Notes: generated by a model from the letters alone, not told the origin. DNA of 64,000 nucleotides from Minisyncoccota bacterium (GCA_022842645.1 JALHPE010000001.1:329462-393461), one strand, 5' to 3'; positions 1 to 10,562 are shown, counted from the stretch's first letter. Program-made: numbers and translations.

Positions 1-2
1 CT

Positions 3-302
3 TCGGACGCCACAATCGCAGCGCTCAACGAACTTATTTCAAGCGTTTCAAACAGCGCATCCCAAGCAAACCAACAACAGGCACTCCTTCGTCTCGATAC
101 CCTCGTTGCAAACGGTCAACTCCGTACGGCACAAGACGCCACAAATGCGGCGCAACAGAGAGATAATGTACTCGGCGCACTTGATACCCTAGTTAAAGAT
201 ACTGTAAAAGCATGGGGTGACAGCACCGATCCTAATGTCGGCTGGTGCAACGTCAACAACACCGCAGTGGTCGAGCGATGGTTCAATGCGTGGAGACAAT
301 AA
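3..302 (+). CDS. 3' end of a hypothetical protein (partial, runs off window), probably part of the T4SS-like cluster
   Basis: Open frame from 3 to TAA at 300-302 (SDATIAALNEL...WFNAWRQ*), 8 nt before the next ATG; not in the ORF track. Confidence 0.75.
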   Translation, partial: SDATIAALNELISSVSNSASQANQQQALLRLDTLVANGQLRTAQDATNAAQQRDNVLGALDTLVKDTVKAWGDSTDPNVGWCNVNNTAVVERWFNAWRQ

Positions 303-310
303 TATAAATT

Positions 311-2356
311 ATGCCTCTTTTACTCAGTTTCCTTCTCCCAACACTAACGTACGGTGCCGCTGCTGTTGCTGTCTATGCATTCGGAGCAACTATTGCGTCG
401 GGGATTATTTGGATTGGAGCAACTATTCTCGGCGTTGTTGCAATGCTTTTTGATACTCTAATTCTTTACACCGTGGTAAATTTTCACACATTCATATACC
501 CAGCGATTCAAGATGGAATAAATATTACCTGGACAGTGGGGCGCGATATTTCAAACATCGTCATTATAGGTGTATTCACATATGTTGGCATTTCAACAAT
601 ACTTGGCGGTCAGTCTTTTGGAGCAAAATCGCTCATGGCGCGAGTACTTATTATTGCAATGTTGATAAATTTTAGTCTTTTCTTCACACAAGCAATCATT
701 TTTACATCCAATTTTGTAGCTTCAAAGTTTTACTACGCGACAGTACCATCGACGACAGGTGCGGCCACTTCTAACACCTCCCTCCCCACAGAAGAAACAC
801 AGGCAGGTATCGCTGGTCGATTTATGGAACTGGCAGGACTACCATCTCTGTCACGGGCAGGAGAAACAACGCAGGCCATACGCGAACAGCATGATTATGG
901 TTTTTGGATGGCTCTCCTTTATGGGTTCTCGGTGTTTACTATGTGCATCGCTTTTGCGGGAGTATTGTTCTACGCCGTCATTTTATTATTAGGACGCACG
1001 GTGCTTTTCCTGATACTCCTTGCCACATCTTCCTTCGCATTTGGCACACACTTAATACCAAAAGTGTCTGACAACTACGGTTGGAGTATGTGGTGGAACA
1101 CGCTCTTTCGTAACGCGATTTTTGCACCAATACTCCTTATTATGTTATGGGGAACCTTTCAAATTGCAGAATCTTTTGTCAAAACCCAAGGGTCAACCAG
1201 GTCGTTTGATAAGCTATTTCTGGGACAAGGGGACGCGTCAGGAATACTCGCATTATTCTTTTATTTCATAGTATTAGGAATGCTTTATGCTTCAATCCGG
1301 CTTTCAAACATGGTTGCAATGCAACTGCCTGGTTTTAAGTGGGCACCAACTATTGCAGCACTCCCACTGACCCTATCCTCACAATATGGTATAGCCCCAG
1401 CAGGACGAAGGTTCTTGGGGCGCCCTGCCCTTGAACGACAAATGGCACTCGAAAAAGAAATAAAGGATGCGAAGGCTTCTGGTAATTGGAGTGCGGCAAT
1501 AAAAGCTCAAGAAAAATACAACGCACTCAACGCCAGAGCTAAAAGCGACTTCAATCCAATGAATGCGAAGTCATCGCAATGGCTTGCTAAACAACTTGGT
1601 GTCTCAGGCTTTACGGGAGCCCAGAAGATTGGGGGCGCGGCAGCTCAACAAAAAGCTGCAATAAAAGAGGCGGTTGAAAATGTCGGAAAACTTAAGCTTA
1701 GCAAGGATGATCTTGGTGATATAAAGAAAAAAGAGGTTGAAAAGGCGCGTCAGGCATCGGAAGTTACTCTAAAAAATGCAGAGAGCGATCGTAAGCTTGC
1801 CGATGAAAAAAGAAAGAATATCGAAGCAGAGCGTCGTCAAATAGAAGAAGATCACAAAAATGAAGAAAAACGTGTGAAGGACACTATGCATAGGGAAGTA
1901 CAAGAAGATCAGCAAATGAAGCAATTGAAGCAGCAGCTTGCCAACGAAACTGATCCAACTGCGCAAAAATCGATACAACAGAATATGAGGCAGAGGCAGA
2001 GTGCGATCGAACAAGAACATGTAGAGACTATGAGAGAGGTTCAGAACAAGATAGAGACAGCGCGTACTGCAGTAAATACGAGATTGGCCGAAGTCCAGGC
2101 CGAATGGGACGCTCATAACTTGGCAGTAAAAGATATAGAATCGAGCATAGAAACTAGCGGCAAGAAGGCAGTAGAAGCTGCAGAAGAAGGATTCAGAGGT
2201 GCCGTAAAAGAAATGTTGCCTTCTGGCTATCAATCCGAGAAAATGGTTAAAAAAGTCGAAGCTGAGATTGGCAGTGCCCGACTAAAAGAAAAGCTCAAAC
2301 TCATGGTTGATGATGTAAAAGGAGATGATGCCAACGAGGAAAAGAAAGCGAAATAA
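311..2356 (+). CDS. Polytopic membrane protein with C-terminal coiled coil, VirB6/TrbL-like T4SS component
   Basis: Many hydrophobic segments in the N-terminal ~350 aa (RDISNI, AMLINFSLF), charged helical tail, next to PrgI and VirB4 genes. Confidence 0.65.
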   Translation: MPLLLSFLLPTLTYGAAAVAVYAFGATIASGIIWIGATILGVVAMLFDTLILYTVVNFHTFIYPAIQDGINITWTVGRDISNIVIIGVFTYVGISTILGGQSFGAKSLMARVLIIAMLINFSLFFTQAIIFTSNFVASKFYYATVPSTTGAATSNTSLPTEETQAGIAGRFMELAGLPSLSRAGETTQAIREQHDYGFWMALLYGFSVFTMCIAFAGVLFYAVILLLGRTVLFLILLATSSFAFGTHLIPKVSDNYGWSMWWNTLFRNAIFAPILLIMLWGTFQIAESFVKTQGSTRSFDKLFLGQGDASGILALFFYFIVLGMLYASIRLSNMVAMQLPGFKWAPTIAALPLTLSSQYGIAPAGRRFLGRPALERQMALEKEIKDAKASGNWSAAIKAQEKYNALNARAKSDFNPMNAKSSQWLAKQLGVSGFTGAQKIGGAAAQQKAAIKEAVENVGKLKLSKDDLGDIKKKEVEKARQASEVTLKNAESDRKLADEKRKNIEAERRQIEEDHKNEEKRVKDTMHREVQEDQQMKQLKQQLANETDPTAQKSIQQNMRQRQSAIEQEHVETMREVQNKIETARTAVNTRLAEVQAEWDAHNLAVKDIESSIETSGKKAVEAAEEGFRGAVKEMLPSGYQSEKMVKKVEAEIGSARLKEKLKLMVDDVKGDDANEEKKAK

Positions 2357-2359
2357 TAT

Positions 2360-2911
2360 ATGGCAGAACTTACTCTTGATGAAGAACTACGTTCACGATT
2401 CGCACAGTTACCAAAAGTTGTACAGGCTGCCATAACCTCTGCGGAAGTCGAACAACATCTTCGAGTGCTGGCAACAACATATAAACTGCACCTTGACCAG
2501 TGGCAAGTTCTAGAAAATCAAGTAATTCTTGCTCTACTAGGAGCACTGCCGGTGCGCGAATTACCCGAAAGAATATCAAAAACTGTCGGCGTGGACAAAA
2601 AATTAGCATCTGTTCTTGCAAACGACATTTCGCAAACAGTGTTCGAACCCATCCGCCAAGAGCTCGAGCGACAGCTTGAACACCCAGACGCACAAGAGAA
2701 ACAACTCACTGGGACTGAAGCTGCACGCGAACAACTTATCGGGGCTGAAAAAAAAGACTCTGCTCCTGTCGCACCTCCTCCTACACCACCCACACCCACA
2801 GTCGAAGCGGCTATCGCGCGCGCGCCAGCTTCCGGTGCCTACAAGCCTGGCGAGGCATCGGCGGTGCGAAAATCGGTTGTTGACGACCCGTATCGTGAAT
2901 TGCCACAGTAA
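2360..2911 (+). CDS. Hypothetical protein with Pro-rich linker and DDPYRE C-terminus
   Basis: 183 aa ORF tightly packed in the operon. Confidence 0.7.
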   Translation: MAELTLDEELRSRFAQLPKVVQAAITSAEVEQHLRVLATTYKLHLDQWQVLENQVILALLGALPVRELPERISKTVGVDKKLASVLANDISQTVFEPIRQELERQLEHPDAQEKQLTGTEAAREQLIGAEKKDSAPVAPPPTPPTPTVEAAIARAPASGAYKPGEASAVRKSVVDDPYRELPQ

Positions 2912-2940
2912 GAGCCTAATTCGTTGCTATAATCGGAGTG

Positions 2941-3444
2941 ATGCAATTCCAAGTACCTCAGTTCATCGAGGTCGAGGATAAAATCTTCGGACCCCTTACC
3001 TTCAAGCAATTCGTCTACGTTGCTGGAGGACTCGGCATTGCCTATATTCTCTGGCGTGCGCTCCCCACATTCCTAGCGGCACCACTTGGCCTTGCCTTCG
3101 CCGGGCTTGGGGTAGCGCTCGCTTTTGTGCAGTACAACGGGCAACCATTTATTGTTGCCGTAGAGCACGCTTTCTTCTATCTTCTGCGCGGGAAACTCTA
3201 CCTCTGGAACAATGAACAGGCAGTAGCACGTGCTAAAAAAACAACACAAGAAGTCAAACTTCCTGCAGAAGCTCCTTATATTCCACGACTTTCTGATAGT
3301 AAGCTCCACGAGCTTTCCTGGAGCCTCGACATCAATGAACGCATTGCTTCGGGTACCACAAGCGGGGAAGAAAGAGTCGCACGAAGTCCAATTGATGACC
3401 TCGTGGCCCCCGTACGCACGCCGCGCAATGCTATTCCTCGATAA
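2941..3444 (+). CDS. PrgI-family (VirB3-like) membrane protein
   Basis: MQFQVPQFIEVEDKIFGPLTFKQF signature plus two TM helices; TATAAT 7 nt upstream of ATG 2941. Confidence 0.8.
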   Translation: MQFQVPQFIEVEDKIFGPLTFKQFVYVAGGLGIAYILWRALPTFLAAPLGLAFAGLGVALAFVQYNGQPFIVAVEHAFFYLLRGKLYLWNNEQAVARAKKTTQEVKLPAEAPYIPRLSDSKLHELSWSLDINERIASGTTSGEERVARSPIDDLVAPVRTPRNAIPR

Positions 3445-3447
3445 TCT

Positions 3448-4110
3448 ATGCCCGAAGCATCCACCATTCGTTCGCAAAACCGCTCCACCCAAGAGTTTGT
3501 TCCTATTTCCGAGGTGCGCGACGGTGTAATTGTGCTCAAGGATGGAAGCCTGCGCGCAATCCTTCTCGCCTCGTCTATCAACTTTGCCCTTAAGTCAGAG
3601 GATGAACAAACGGCGTTCATCGTGCAATTCCAAAACTTCCTGAATTCACTTGATTTCTCGACTCAGATTTTCATTGAATCCCGCATGCTTGATATTCGTC
3701 CCTATATTGCGACGCTTGAGGTGGCCTACAAAAGCCAAATGGACGATCTTATGCGCATACAGATTCGTGAATACATCGAATTCATCAAGAGTTTCACCGA
3801 AGCGGCAAACATCATGACGAAAAATTTCTTTGTGGTGGTTCCCTATAACCCCTCATCCCTACCTGCTCTCACCGGAAGTGGTGCAAGTAAATTGTTTGGG
3901 AAAAAGGGAACGGCTTCTGTGGCGGAGGCAAATCGCACTTTTGAAGAAAAAGTATCTCAGCTTGAACAACGTATTGCAATCGTCCAACAAGGCCTCGTGC
4001 GTTGTGGTGTGCGCACCGTGCAGCTCGGTACCGAGGAGGCGATTGAGCTCTTCTACAAACTCTTTAACCCTGGCGAGGAAGGGAAGCCGATGTCACTCAA
4101 CAATGAATAG
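3448..4110 (+). CDS. TraC/VirB4 N-terminal-like accessory protein of T4SS
   Basis: STQEFVPISEVRDGVIVLKDGSLRAIL...INFALKSEDEQ; lies between prgI and the ATPase. Confidence 0.7.
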   Translation: MPEASTIRSQNRSTQEFVPISEVRDGVIVLKDGSLRAILLASSINFALKSEDEQTAFIVQFQNFLNSLDFSTQIFIESRMLDIRPYIATLEVAYKSQMDDLMRIQIREYIEFIKSFTEAANIMTKNFFVVVPYNPSSLPALTGSGASKLFGKKGTASVAEANRTFEEKVSQLEQRIAIVQQGLVRCGVRTVQLGTEEAIELFYKLFNPGEEGKPMSLNNE

Positions 4111-4199
4111 GAGTCAAGCTGCGAGCTTATAGGAAAAGCATAGTAGAATAAAGCTTACGGCGTTGGTTGTTACCATGTTGCCGCCTGACGCTTGAACCT

Positions 4200-6149
4200 A
4201 TGGGTATATTCGATCTTTTTTCAAAAAAAGGGGCGGAGCCGGCAGCGGTCTTGCCAGTCTTGCCAGAAGAGATCTATCGCACAGGGGTGCTTGGGCTTCA
4301 AGACGTGATTGCGCCGCACGCGCTTAAGATCAACTCACGCGAACTTGACCTCGGCGAGAAAATTGCACGCACCTTTTTTGTTATTTCGTATCCGCGCTTT
4401 CTCACGACGGGTTGGTTTGCTCCTATCATCAACCTCGACAAGGTTATTGATGTTTCGATTTTCGTCCACCCGATGGACACCAACGAAATGCTGCGTAAAT
4501 TCCAAAAGAAAGTAGCTGAGGTGCAATCTCAAATTTCAACACGAGAAGAAAAAGGTATGGTGCGCGACCCGGTTCTCGACACTGCGTATCAAGACCTTGA
4601 AAAACTCCGCGACTCTCTCCAGCAAGCACAAGAACGCATCTTCGAAGTGGGTCTCTACCTCACCATCTATGGCAATTCACGAGAGGAAATAGATAAAACA
4701 GAGAGCGAAATTCGCTCCATTCTCGAATCCCGCCTCGTTTACATTCGCCCAGCGCTTTTCCAGCAGGAACAAGGTTTTCGTTCGGTTATTCCACTTGCAA
4801 CGGATGAACTTGGTGTCCACACCAAACTCAATTCCGCACCACTCTCATCCATTTTCCCGTTCATTTCCTTCGACCTTACATCCGACCGCGGCATCCTTTA
4901 CGGCATCAATCGTCATAACTCCTCACTTATCCTCTTCGATCGTTTCTCGCTCGAAAACTACAATTCGGTCACGTTCGCAAAATCTGGTTCTGGTAAAAGC
5001 TACACAACGAAGCTCGAAATCCTGCGCTCGCTAATGTTCGATACGGAGGTTATCGTCATCGACCCCGAGCGTGAGTACGAATACCTTGCAGAAACCGTGG
5101 GTGGGCGGTACTTCAATATTTCTCTCTCATCTGAACACCACATCAATCCTTTTGACCTCCCAATTCCACGCGAAGACGAGTCGCCAGGCGATGTCTTGCG
5201 CAACAACATCATCACGCTCGTCGGCCTCTTCCGCATCATGCTCGGAGGACTTACTCCAGAGGAAGATGCGGTGATCGACAAAGCAATCACCGAAACCTAC
5301 GCTCTCAAGGACATCACGGCGGATGCAAATTTTGCCTCTATTGAGCCACCACTCCTTTCCGACTTCGAACTAGTGCTCTCCGGCATGGAGGGCTCGGAGT
5401 CTCTCGTCGCGCGCCTCTCGAAATACACCAAAGGCACGTGGTCGGGCTTCATGAACCGCCCGACAAACGTCGACATGAATAAAAAGCTTATTGTCTTTTC
5501 CGTCCGCGACATGGAAGACGATTTGAAGCCTGTCGCGATGTATATCATTACCCACCACATTTGGAATGCCGTACGCAAGGAACTTCGCAAGCGCCTCCTC
5601 GTCATCGACGAGGCATGGTGGATGATGAAATCTGAAGACACGGCATCCTTCCTCTTTGGAATAGCAAAACGTGGCCGTAAATACTACCTTGGACTCTCGA
5701 CGATTACCCAAGACGTAAACGACTTTCTCACCTCTCCCTATGGCGCAGCAATGATTACTAACTCGTCTATCCAACTCCTCCTGCGTCAATCACCTACATC
5801 CGTCGATCTCGTGCAAAGCACCTTTAAACTTTCTGACGAAGAAAAGTATCTCTTGCTCGAATCTGATGTGGGGGAGGGTATCTTCTTTGCAGGACTTAAA
5901 CATGTCGCGATTAAAGTCATTGCATCGTATACAGAAGACCAGATTATTACATCTGATCCATCACAAATTCTTGCGATAAAGAAAGCAAAACAGGAACTCG
6001 TTGCTTCACAGGAAGTGCCGAGCACTCCGGTGAGTCAAGAGGCGCGTGGTGCAGCGGCTGATATTCTGAAAAATGCAGAACTCAAGAGCGCAAGCGGAAC
6101 ACCGCAAGAGGCTCCAAGCGAACCCCCACTTCCGCCGGGTATAGTATGA
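4200..6149 (+). CDS. virB4: VirB4/TraC-like type IV secretion ATPase
   Basis: Walker A AKSGSGKS, IVIDPEREY, Walker B LLVIDEAW, ITQ motif. Confidence 0.85.
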   Translation: MGIFDLFSKKGAEPAAVLPVLPEEIYRTGVLGLQDVIAPHALKINSRELDLGEKIARTFFVISYPRFLTTGWFAPIINLDKVIDVSIFVHPMDTNEMLRKFQKKVAEVQSQISTREEKGMVRDPVLDTAYQDLEKLRDSLQQAQERIFEVGLYLTIYGNSREEIDKTESEIRSILESRLVYIRPALFQQEQGFRSVIPLATDELGVHTKLNSAPLSSIFPFISFDLTSDRGILYGINRHNSSLILFDRFSLENYNSVTFAKSGSGKSYTTKLEILRSLMFDTEVIVIDPEREYEYLAETVGGRYFNISLSSEHHINPFDLPIPREDESPGDVLRNNIITLVGLFRIMLGGLTPEEDAVIDKAITETYALKDITADANFASIEPPLLSDFELVLSGMEGSESLVARLSKYTKGTWSGFMNRPTNVDMNKKLIVFSVRDMEDDLKPVAMYIITHHIWNAVRKELRKRLLVIDEAWWMMKSEDTASFLFGIAKRGRKYYLGLSTITQDVNDFLTSPYGAAMITNSSIQLLLRQSPTSVDLVQSTFKLSDEEKYLLLESDVGEGIFFAGLKHVAIKVIASYTEDQIITSDPSQILAIKKAKQELVASQEVPSTPVSQEARGAAADILKNAELKSASGTPQEAPSEPPLPPGIV

Positions 6150-7150
6150 GACTTCTTATAGTACTCATACTTCTGTGTGCACTTCCTGTTCACGGGCAGT
6201 CATTCGTAACTGGCGTCGAACGCGAATTATCGCTTTCGATGAACCCCGAGCATCCAAGCGCAGGAGAGCGTGTGCGTTTTTCCCTCGAAGGATATGCGGT
6301 TGATGTCGATCGAAGCATGATTGTATGGTATGTGAATGGCAAAGAAGTGGCGCGTGGTGCGGGGCTCAAAGACTTTGAAAGAGACGCTCCTCGACTTGGT
6401 AGCGAAGAGACTATTCGCGCCGTGGCAGAGGAGGTTTCAGGAATTATTGGTGTTGGAACAGCACTACTTCGACCCGGTGAGGTAACACTGCTCTGGGAAG
6501 CGCAGTCTTATACTCATCCTTTTTATAGAGGTCGCGCGCTTCCAGGTTCACAGAGCACCATTCGCGCCCATGCATTCACTGACTTACGGCGCGGCACGGC
6601 CCGTATTGCAGAAAACGATATTATTTTTTCGTGGTATCGAGATGGTGCCCGATTCTCATCGGGTCGCGGCCTCTCCTCGGTCTCATTCCAGGGCCCCACA
6701 CTCTTCGATAGTGACCGAATTGGGGTTGTGGCAGAGTCGCTTGATGGCACAATCTCTGCACGATCTGAGACGTCTCTGCGTGGCGAAGACGCAAAACTCG
6801 AACTCTACGAACATCATCCTCTGTTTGGCACGCTCTATCATCGCGCGTTCGTAGGAACCGTACTAAACCTTGAGGAGGAGCAGAAAGTCGCTACAGTGCC
6901 ATTCTTCGCCCCCGTCACGCCGCGCGATCCTTCGCTTGTGTATGAGTGGGCAGCAGGAGGAGTAACTACATCTCCCGATCCTCAAACACCTGAGATACTC
7001 ACACTCCGTCGGGAAGGAGAGTTTAATGGGGTAATTACACTTGCACTAACACTCTCGAGTCTCTCCGACATATTCCTGAAAGCAACAAACACCTGGAGTA
7101 TTCAGTACGCCCCGGAGACGAACTTCTCAAATCCCTTCTTGTCACTATGA
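6146..7150 (+). CDS. Secreted beta-rich (Ig-like) hypothetical protein
   Basis: N-terminal signal peptide; ATGA overlap with virB4. Confidence 0.7.
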   Translation: MRLLIVLILLCALPVHGQSFVTGVERELSLSMNPEHPSAGERVRFSLEGYAVDVDRSMIVWYVNGKEVARGAGLKDFERDAPRLGSEETIRAVAEEVSGIIGVGTALLRPGEVTLLWEAQSYTHPFYRGRALPGSQSTIRAHAFTDLRRGTARIAENDIIFSWYRDGARFSSGRGLSSVSFQGPTLFDSDRIGVVAESLDGTISARSETSLRGEDAKLELYEHHPLFGTLYHRAFVGTVLNLEEEQKVATVPFFAPVTPRDPSLVYEWAAGGVTTSPDPQTPEILTLRREGEFNGVITLALTLSSLSDIFLKATNTWSIQYAPETNFSNPFLSL

Positions 7151-8364
7151 ACCTCTCTGAGCATCAAGATACATTTCGCATTATTGGCATAACCGCCGCC
7201 GCCTTCCTTATCTTGGGACTGGGCGGTTGGTATATTTTTCTATCTCGCAGTGAGGCAAATCTTGAATCGATTGGAGAATCGCGTGGTTTTTCAGTGGGAA
7301 TTCCTTCGTTTTCTGGAAGTCGTGGCTCGACGATTGAAAATCTCGTACAAGGACTTGCGCCACGTGGCGCAGAACCTATAGGAACCTCAACGAATATACG
7401 CCCACCGCGCCTCTTTCAGGTCAGTCAAACACCTGTTGCGGGCGCGGCGTTTATTGTAAACGGAAGCACCACTCTGATTCGTTTTGTTGAACGCTCAAAT
7501 GGACATGTGTTTGATGCAAATCTTGAAACAGGAGAAGTGATCCGGCGCACGAACACTTCACTCGGCACCATATACGAAGCACATGTTGGTAGTGGAGAGG
7601 CGTTCTTGCTCCGCACACTTGATGACGAGGGGGATGTGCGCACACTGTTCGCAACTTTTGGTACTACAACTGAAAATGATCTGCGCGACCTCGAAACGCG
7701 TGATGTGGGCCCCACCCACGGAGTAGCGTTTCGGGGAGAGACACCGCTTTTCCTTTTCGGAAATGGTGGCAGTCGTCTCGTGGCCTCCTCAACTAACAAG
7801 GAGGAGTTGTTATTTTCATCATCGCTTCAGGGATGGCACATCGTGCGCACAAGCCCCCTTGTCGTTGCTGAGCGTCCCGCACATGGCATACTAGGCAGTG
7901 CATTCAGGGTCTTTTCGCCCTCGAGAATCGAAAGAATAGCAACTGAACGAGGACTTACTATTGCGGCGCATCCACAGAGCGAAGCCTATCTCATAGGGAC
8001 AGCGGGGGAGAGTATGGCACTTTTTGCACAAACATCAGCCACGACAACTCGCGCACTACTTGATATTAAAACGATTGCCGACAAATGTGCATGGGCTCCT
8101 GGCCGATCACTCACCGCCTATTGTGCGGTTCCGCAAGATGAGACTCCAGGAGGCTTCCTTGACCTCTGGTACCGAGGCGCGGTGCATACTAACGATCATT
8201 GGTTTACTGTTGAGTCGGGTTCAGGCACAACTGAGCGCTTATTTGCACCTGAAGGAGACCTTATACTTGATGTTGAAAATCCGCATATAGACGAGAGTGC
8301 ACGATACATTCTTTTTATGAACGCCCGCGATAAATCATTATGGACACTCCGTATTTATGAATAA
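7147..8364 (+). CDS. Membrane-anchored extracellular hypothetical protein (possible beta-propeller)
   Basis: Single N-terminal TM; ATGA overlap with upstream gene. Confidence 0.7.
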   Translation: MNLSEHQDTFRIIGITAAAFLILGLGGWYIFLSRSEANLESIGESRGFSVGIPSFSGSRGSTIENLVQGLAPRGAEPIGTSTNIRPPRLFQVSQTPVAGAAFIVNGSTTLIRFVERSNGHVFDANLETGEVIRRTNTSLGTIYEAHVGSGEAFLLRTLDDEGDVRTLFATFGTTTENDLRDLETRDVGPTHGVAFRGETPLFLFGNGGSRLVASSTNKEELLFSSSLQGWHIVRTSPLVVAERPAHGILGSAFRVFSPSRIERIATERGLTIAAHPQSEAYLIGTAGESMALFAQTSATTTRALLDIKTIADKCAWAPGRSLTAYCAVPQDETPGGFLDLWYRGAVHTNDHWFTVESGSGTTERLFAPEGDLILDVENPHIDESARYILFMNARDKSLWTLRIYE

Positions 8365-8749
8365 GATCGCTCAAGCCACCCCATTTGAAGGAGGTTTCGC
8401 AATCGGCAGACAGGGTGAGGCGCAACAAGTTCAACCCCTTGGACAATTGTTCGATCCCAACTCTTCACTGGCAGATTTCTTCCAAGCGCTTTTCTACACG
8501 GCGATCGCCGTCGGCGCGACCCTTGCGGTCTTACGCCTTGGCTATGCTGGGTTTCTCTACATGGGAGGTGATTCCTTTGGAAAAATCACGGAAGCAAAGA
8601 GAATTATGCAGGACGTTGTGCTCGGACTCCTCCTTCTCCTTGCGGTCTATGTAATCTTGAATCAAATCAACCCAGATATTCTGAATCTTGATATTCTGCG
8701 AAGTATCCCAACCCAGGAGGGGGCCCCAACAAACACGTTTACACAGTAG
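8357..8749 (+). CDS. TrbC/VirB2-like pilin
   Basis: Two hydrophobic helices: LAVLRLGYAGFLYM...EAKRIMQDVVLGLLLLLAVYVILNQINP. Confidence 0.7.
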   Translation: MNKIAQATPFEGGFAIGRQGEAQQVQPLGQLFDPNSSLADFFQALFYTAIAVGATLAVLRLGYAGFLYMGGDSFGKITEAKRIMQDVVLGLLLLLAVYVILNQINPDILNLDILRSIPTQEGAPTNTFTQ

Positions 8750-9212
8750 TCTCGCTGCTGTAGCGAATAACCACGCGGCGGGAACGACCCTCGCCGTGCG
8801 ATTCGGTCTTAACATTCGGCGCGTTTTGGAGCGTGGTGTGTACAATGAGACGCTCATACGCACTCATAGGGGAGAGTTCGACGTCATACTGAAACGAACG
8901 CGCACGCTCTGCCATCATAAGCGCCTTTGTTTGAAGGTCCCGAATTTGGCGTGCCCTATAGTCGTTTACATCTACGAGAAAATGGGGTTCCTCTCCTGTT
9001 TGCCCCGCCTTCATGCGAGCGTGCTCAACAATACGCTTGAGAAGAAAATCGAGCGCATGCACAGTGTCTCCGTGCGTACCAATAAGCGCCTTACCGTCGG
9101 GTACAGTGATAGAGAGCACCGTCTGTCCGACGATGTCCTGCTCTTTAACCTCAGTGTAGGTAACCCCGATAGTATCTAGGATCGTGCGGAGGATTTCTAG
9201 AGGGGGCTGCAT
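8739..9212 (-). CDS. jag: Jag/KhpB RNA-binding protein (KH + R3H)
   Basis: LIGTHGDT KH motif; MSAYERLIVH R3H motif; SHGEG; downstream of yidC. Confidence 0.9.
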   Translation of the reverse strand: MQPPLEILRTILDTIGVTYTEVKEQDIVGQTVLSITVPDGKALIGTHGDTVHALDFLLKRIVEHARMKAGQTGEEPHFLVDVNDYRARQIRDLQTKALMMAERARSFQYDVELSPMSAYERLIVHTTLQNAPNVKTESHGEGRSRRVVIRYSSETTV

Positions 9213-9249
9213 ATCCTCCTTGTATCATAATTCGCCCTCCTTACCAAAT

Positions 9250-9993
9250 CTAGACTGATTTTTGAGCCTCTTTTGTGCGACCGCGACTCATAAGAAGCTC
9301 TTGACCTATCATGAATATGTTGCTGGTTGCCCAATAGAGGGGGAGCGCTGCCGAAAGGCTATATGAAATAGCAGTGAATAGCACAGGAAGGACATACCGA
9401 GCCTGGAGATCAAAACTACGCGCCATATCAGCAGAAAATGATACTTCTTCGGTATGAGGCTTTGGTTGACGCGGCCCCATAGAAAGGCGAGTGTAGATAT
9501 ATTGAGTTACCCCCGTAAGAAGCGCGAGGAGGAGACTTCGTTCTCCCATGTCTATGAAGCCTAAAAATGACATATCAACGAAGGGGGGTGCTGGCACAAA
9601 GCTATAGAGTATTTCAGTATTAATTGCTGGTAGGCCACCCTTCCAAAATACCCAGTAGAGCCCGAAAAGGATGGGGAGTTGGAGGAGTACAAGGAAAAAA
9701 GTTGAAAATGGGCGTATATTCCTCTCTTTGTAGAGCGCAAACATGGCTCGCGCCTGCTCTTCTTGGTTATCTTTGTGCTTTTTCTTAAGCTCTTCCATCT
9801 CCGGCGCAATTGCCCGCATAGCGGTCTGTGTCCGTATTGCCTGCCGCGAGAGAGGGATAAGAATGACTTTTACCGCAAGCGTGAGAATGATGACGGCAAT
9901 ACCCACATCGTGCCCAGGCACAATGTCGATGAGATAAATAAGGGCGTTATAGAGTGGCTCATAAATACCTTCACGAAACGCGGCGGTAAACAT
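9250..9993 (-). CDS. yidC: Membrane protein insertase YidC/Oxa1
   Basis: GIAVIILTLAVKVILIPL, LLQLPILFGLY, LPLYW; canonical synteny. Confidence 0.93.
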   Translation of the reverse strand: MFTAAFREGIYEPLYNALIYLIDIVPGHDVGIAVIILTLAVKVILIPLSRQAIRTQTAMRAIAPEMEELKKKHKDNQEEQARAMFALYKERNIRPFSTFFLVLLQLPILFGLYWVFWKGGLPAINTEILYSFVPAPPFVDMSFLGFIDMGERSLLLALLTGVTQYIYTRLSMGPRQPKPHTEEVSFSADMARSFDLQARYVLPVLFTAISYSLSAALPLYWATSNIFMIGQELLMSRGRTKEAQKSV

Positions 9994-10011
9994 CCGCGCA
10001 TTGTAACTCGG

Positions 10012-10362
10012 CTAGCTTTCACCGCCAGTGGGGATGACTCCCAAACGAGTAAGGAGTGGATATATATCTTTACGGAGGTCATCTATCTGAGCATTGGATG
10101 CTCCTGATTTTGCATACACAACCACCACTGTGGGGTGTGGTAACGATGGTATAATTTTTTGAAATATGGCTCGTATACGGCGTTTTATTCGGTTTCTATC
10201 AACCGCTTTTCTGGCGGCCTTTTTTGAGACAACACACGCAAACCCACGCACCTGGCGCCCGTGTACGCTACCAATCGCAAGCGTAAGGTAGGTGCCCCCC
10301 ACACGCCTCTCCACCTTCAGGTGGTTAAAATCATGGCGCGAGAGCCTCTGTGGAGCAGACAT
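10012..10362 (-). CDS. rnpA: Ribonuclease P protein component
   Basis: VSKK...KAVDRNRIKRRIR RNR motif. Confidence 0.93.
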   Translation of the reverse strand: MSAPQRLSRHDFNHLKVERRVGGTYLTLAIGSVHGRQVRGFACVVSKKAARKAVDRNRIKRRIRAIFQKIIPSLPHPTVVVVYAKSGASNAQIDDLRKDIYPLLTRLGVIPTGGES

Positions 10363-10496
10363 TATGCGGCAAGTCGTGTACGACCCTTGCGCATACGGCG
10401 CTGGAGTACACGACGCCCGGTTTTTGTAGCAAGACGCGCTCTAAACCCATGCGTTCGGGCGCGCTTTCGCTTTTTTGGCTGATAGTTTCGCTTCAT
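10362..10496 (-). CDS. rpmH: 50S ribosomal protein L34
   Basis: Translated by hand: [44 protein letters not shown]; TAATG overlap with rnpA; too short for the ORF track. Confidence 0.97.
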   Translation of the reverse strand: MKRNYQPKKRKRARTHGFRARLATKTGRRVLQRRMRKGRTRLAA

Positions 10497-10541
10497 GACG
10501 CGACTATACCGTATCTTGAGCTATTTTGGAAGGGTGGGTGG

Positions 10542-10562
10542 CTATCCACAGAGTTATACACA
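10542..10562. promoter_or_regulatory. DnaA boxes upstream of dnaA
   Basis: CTATCCACA (10542-10550) and TTATACACA (10554-10562), near the TTWTNCACA consensus. Confidence 0.75.

Noticed and set aside
311-8749. Conjugative ICE or integrated plasmid
   Set aside because: No relaxase, coupling protein or integrase in view; the cluster abuts core origin genes and matches the resident Patescibacteria-type system
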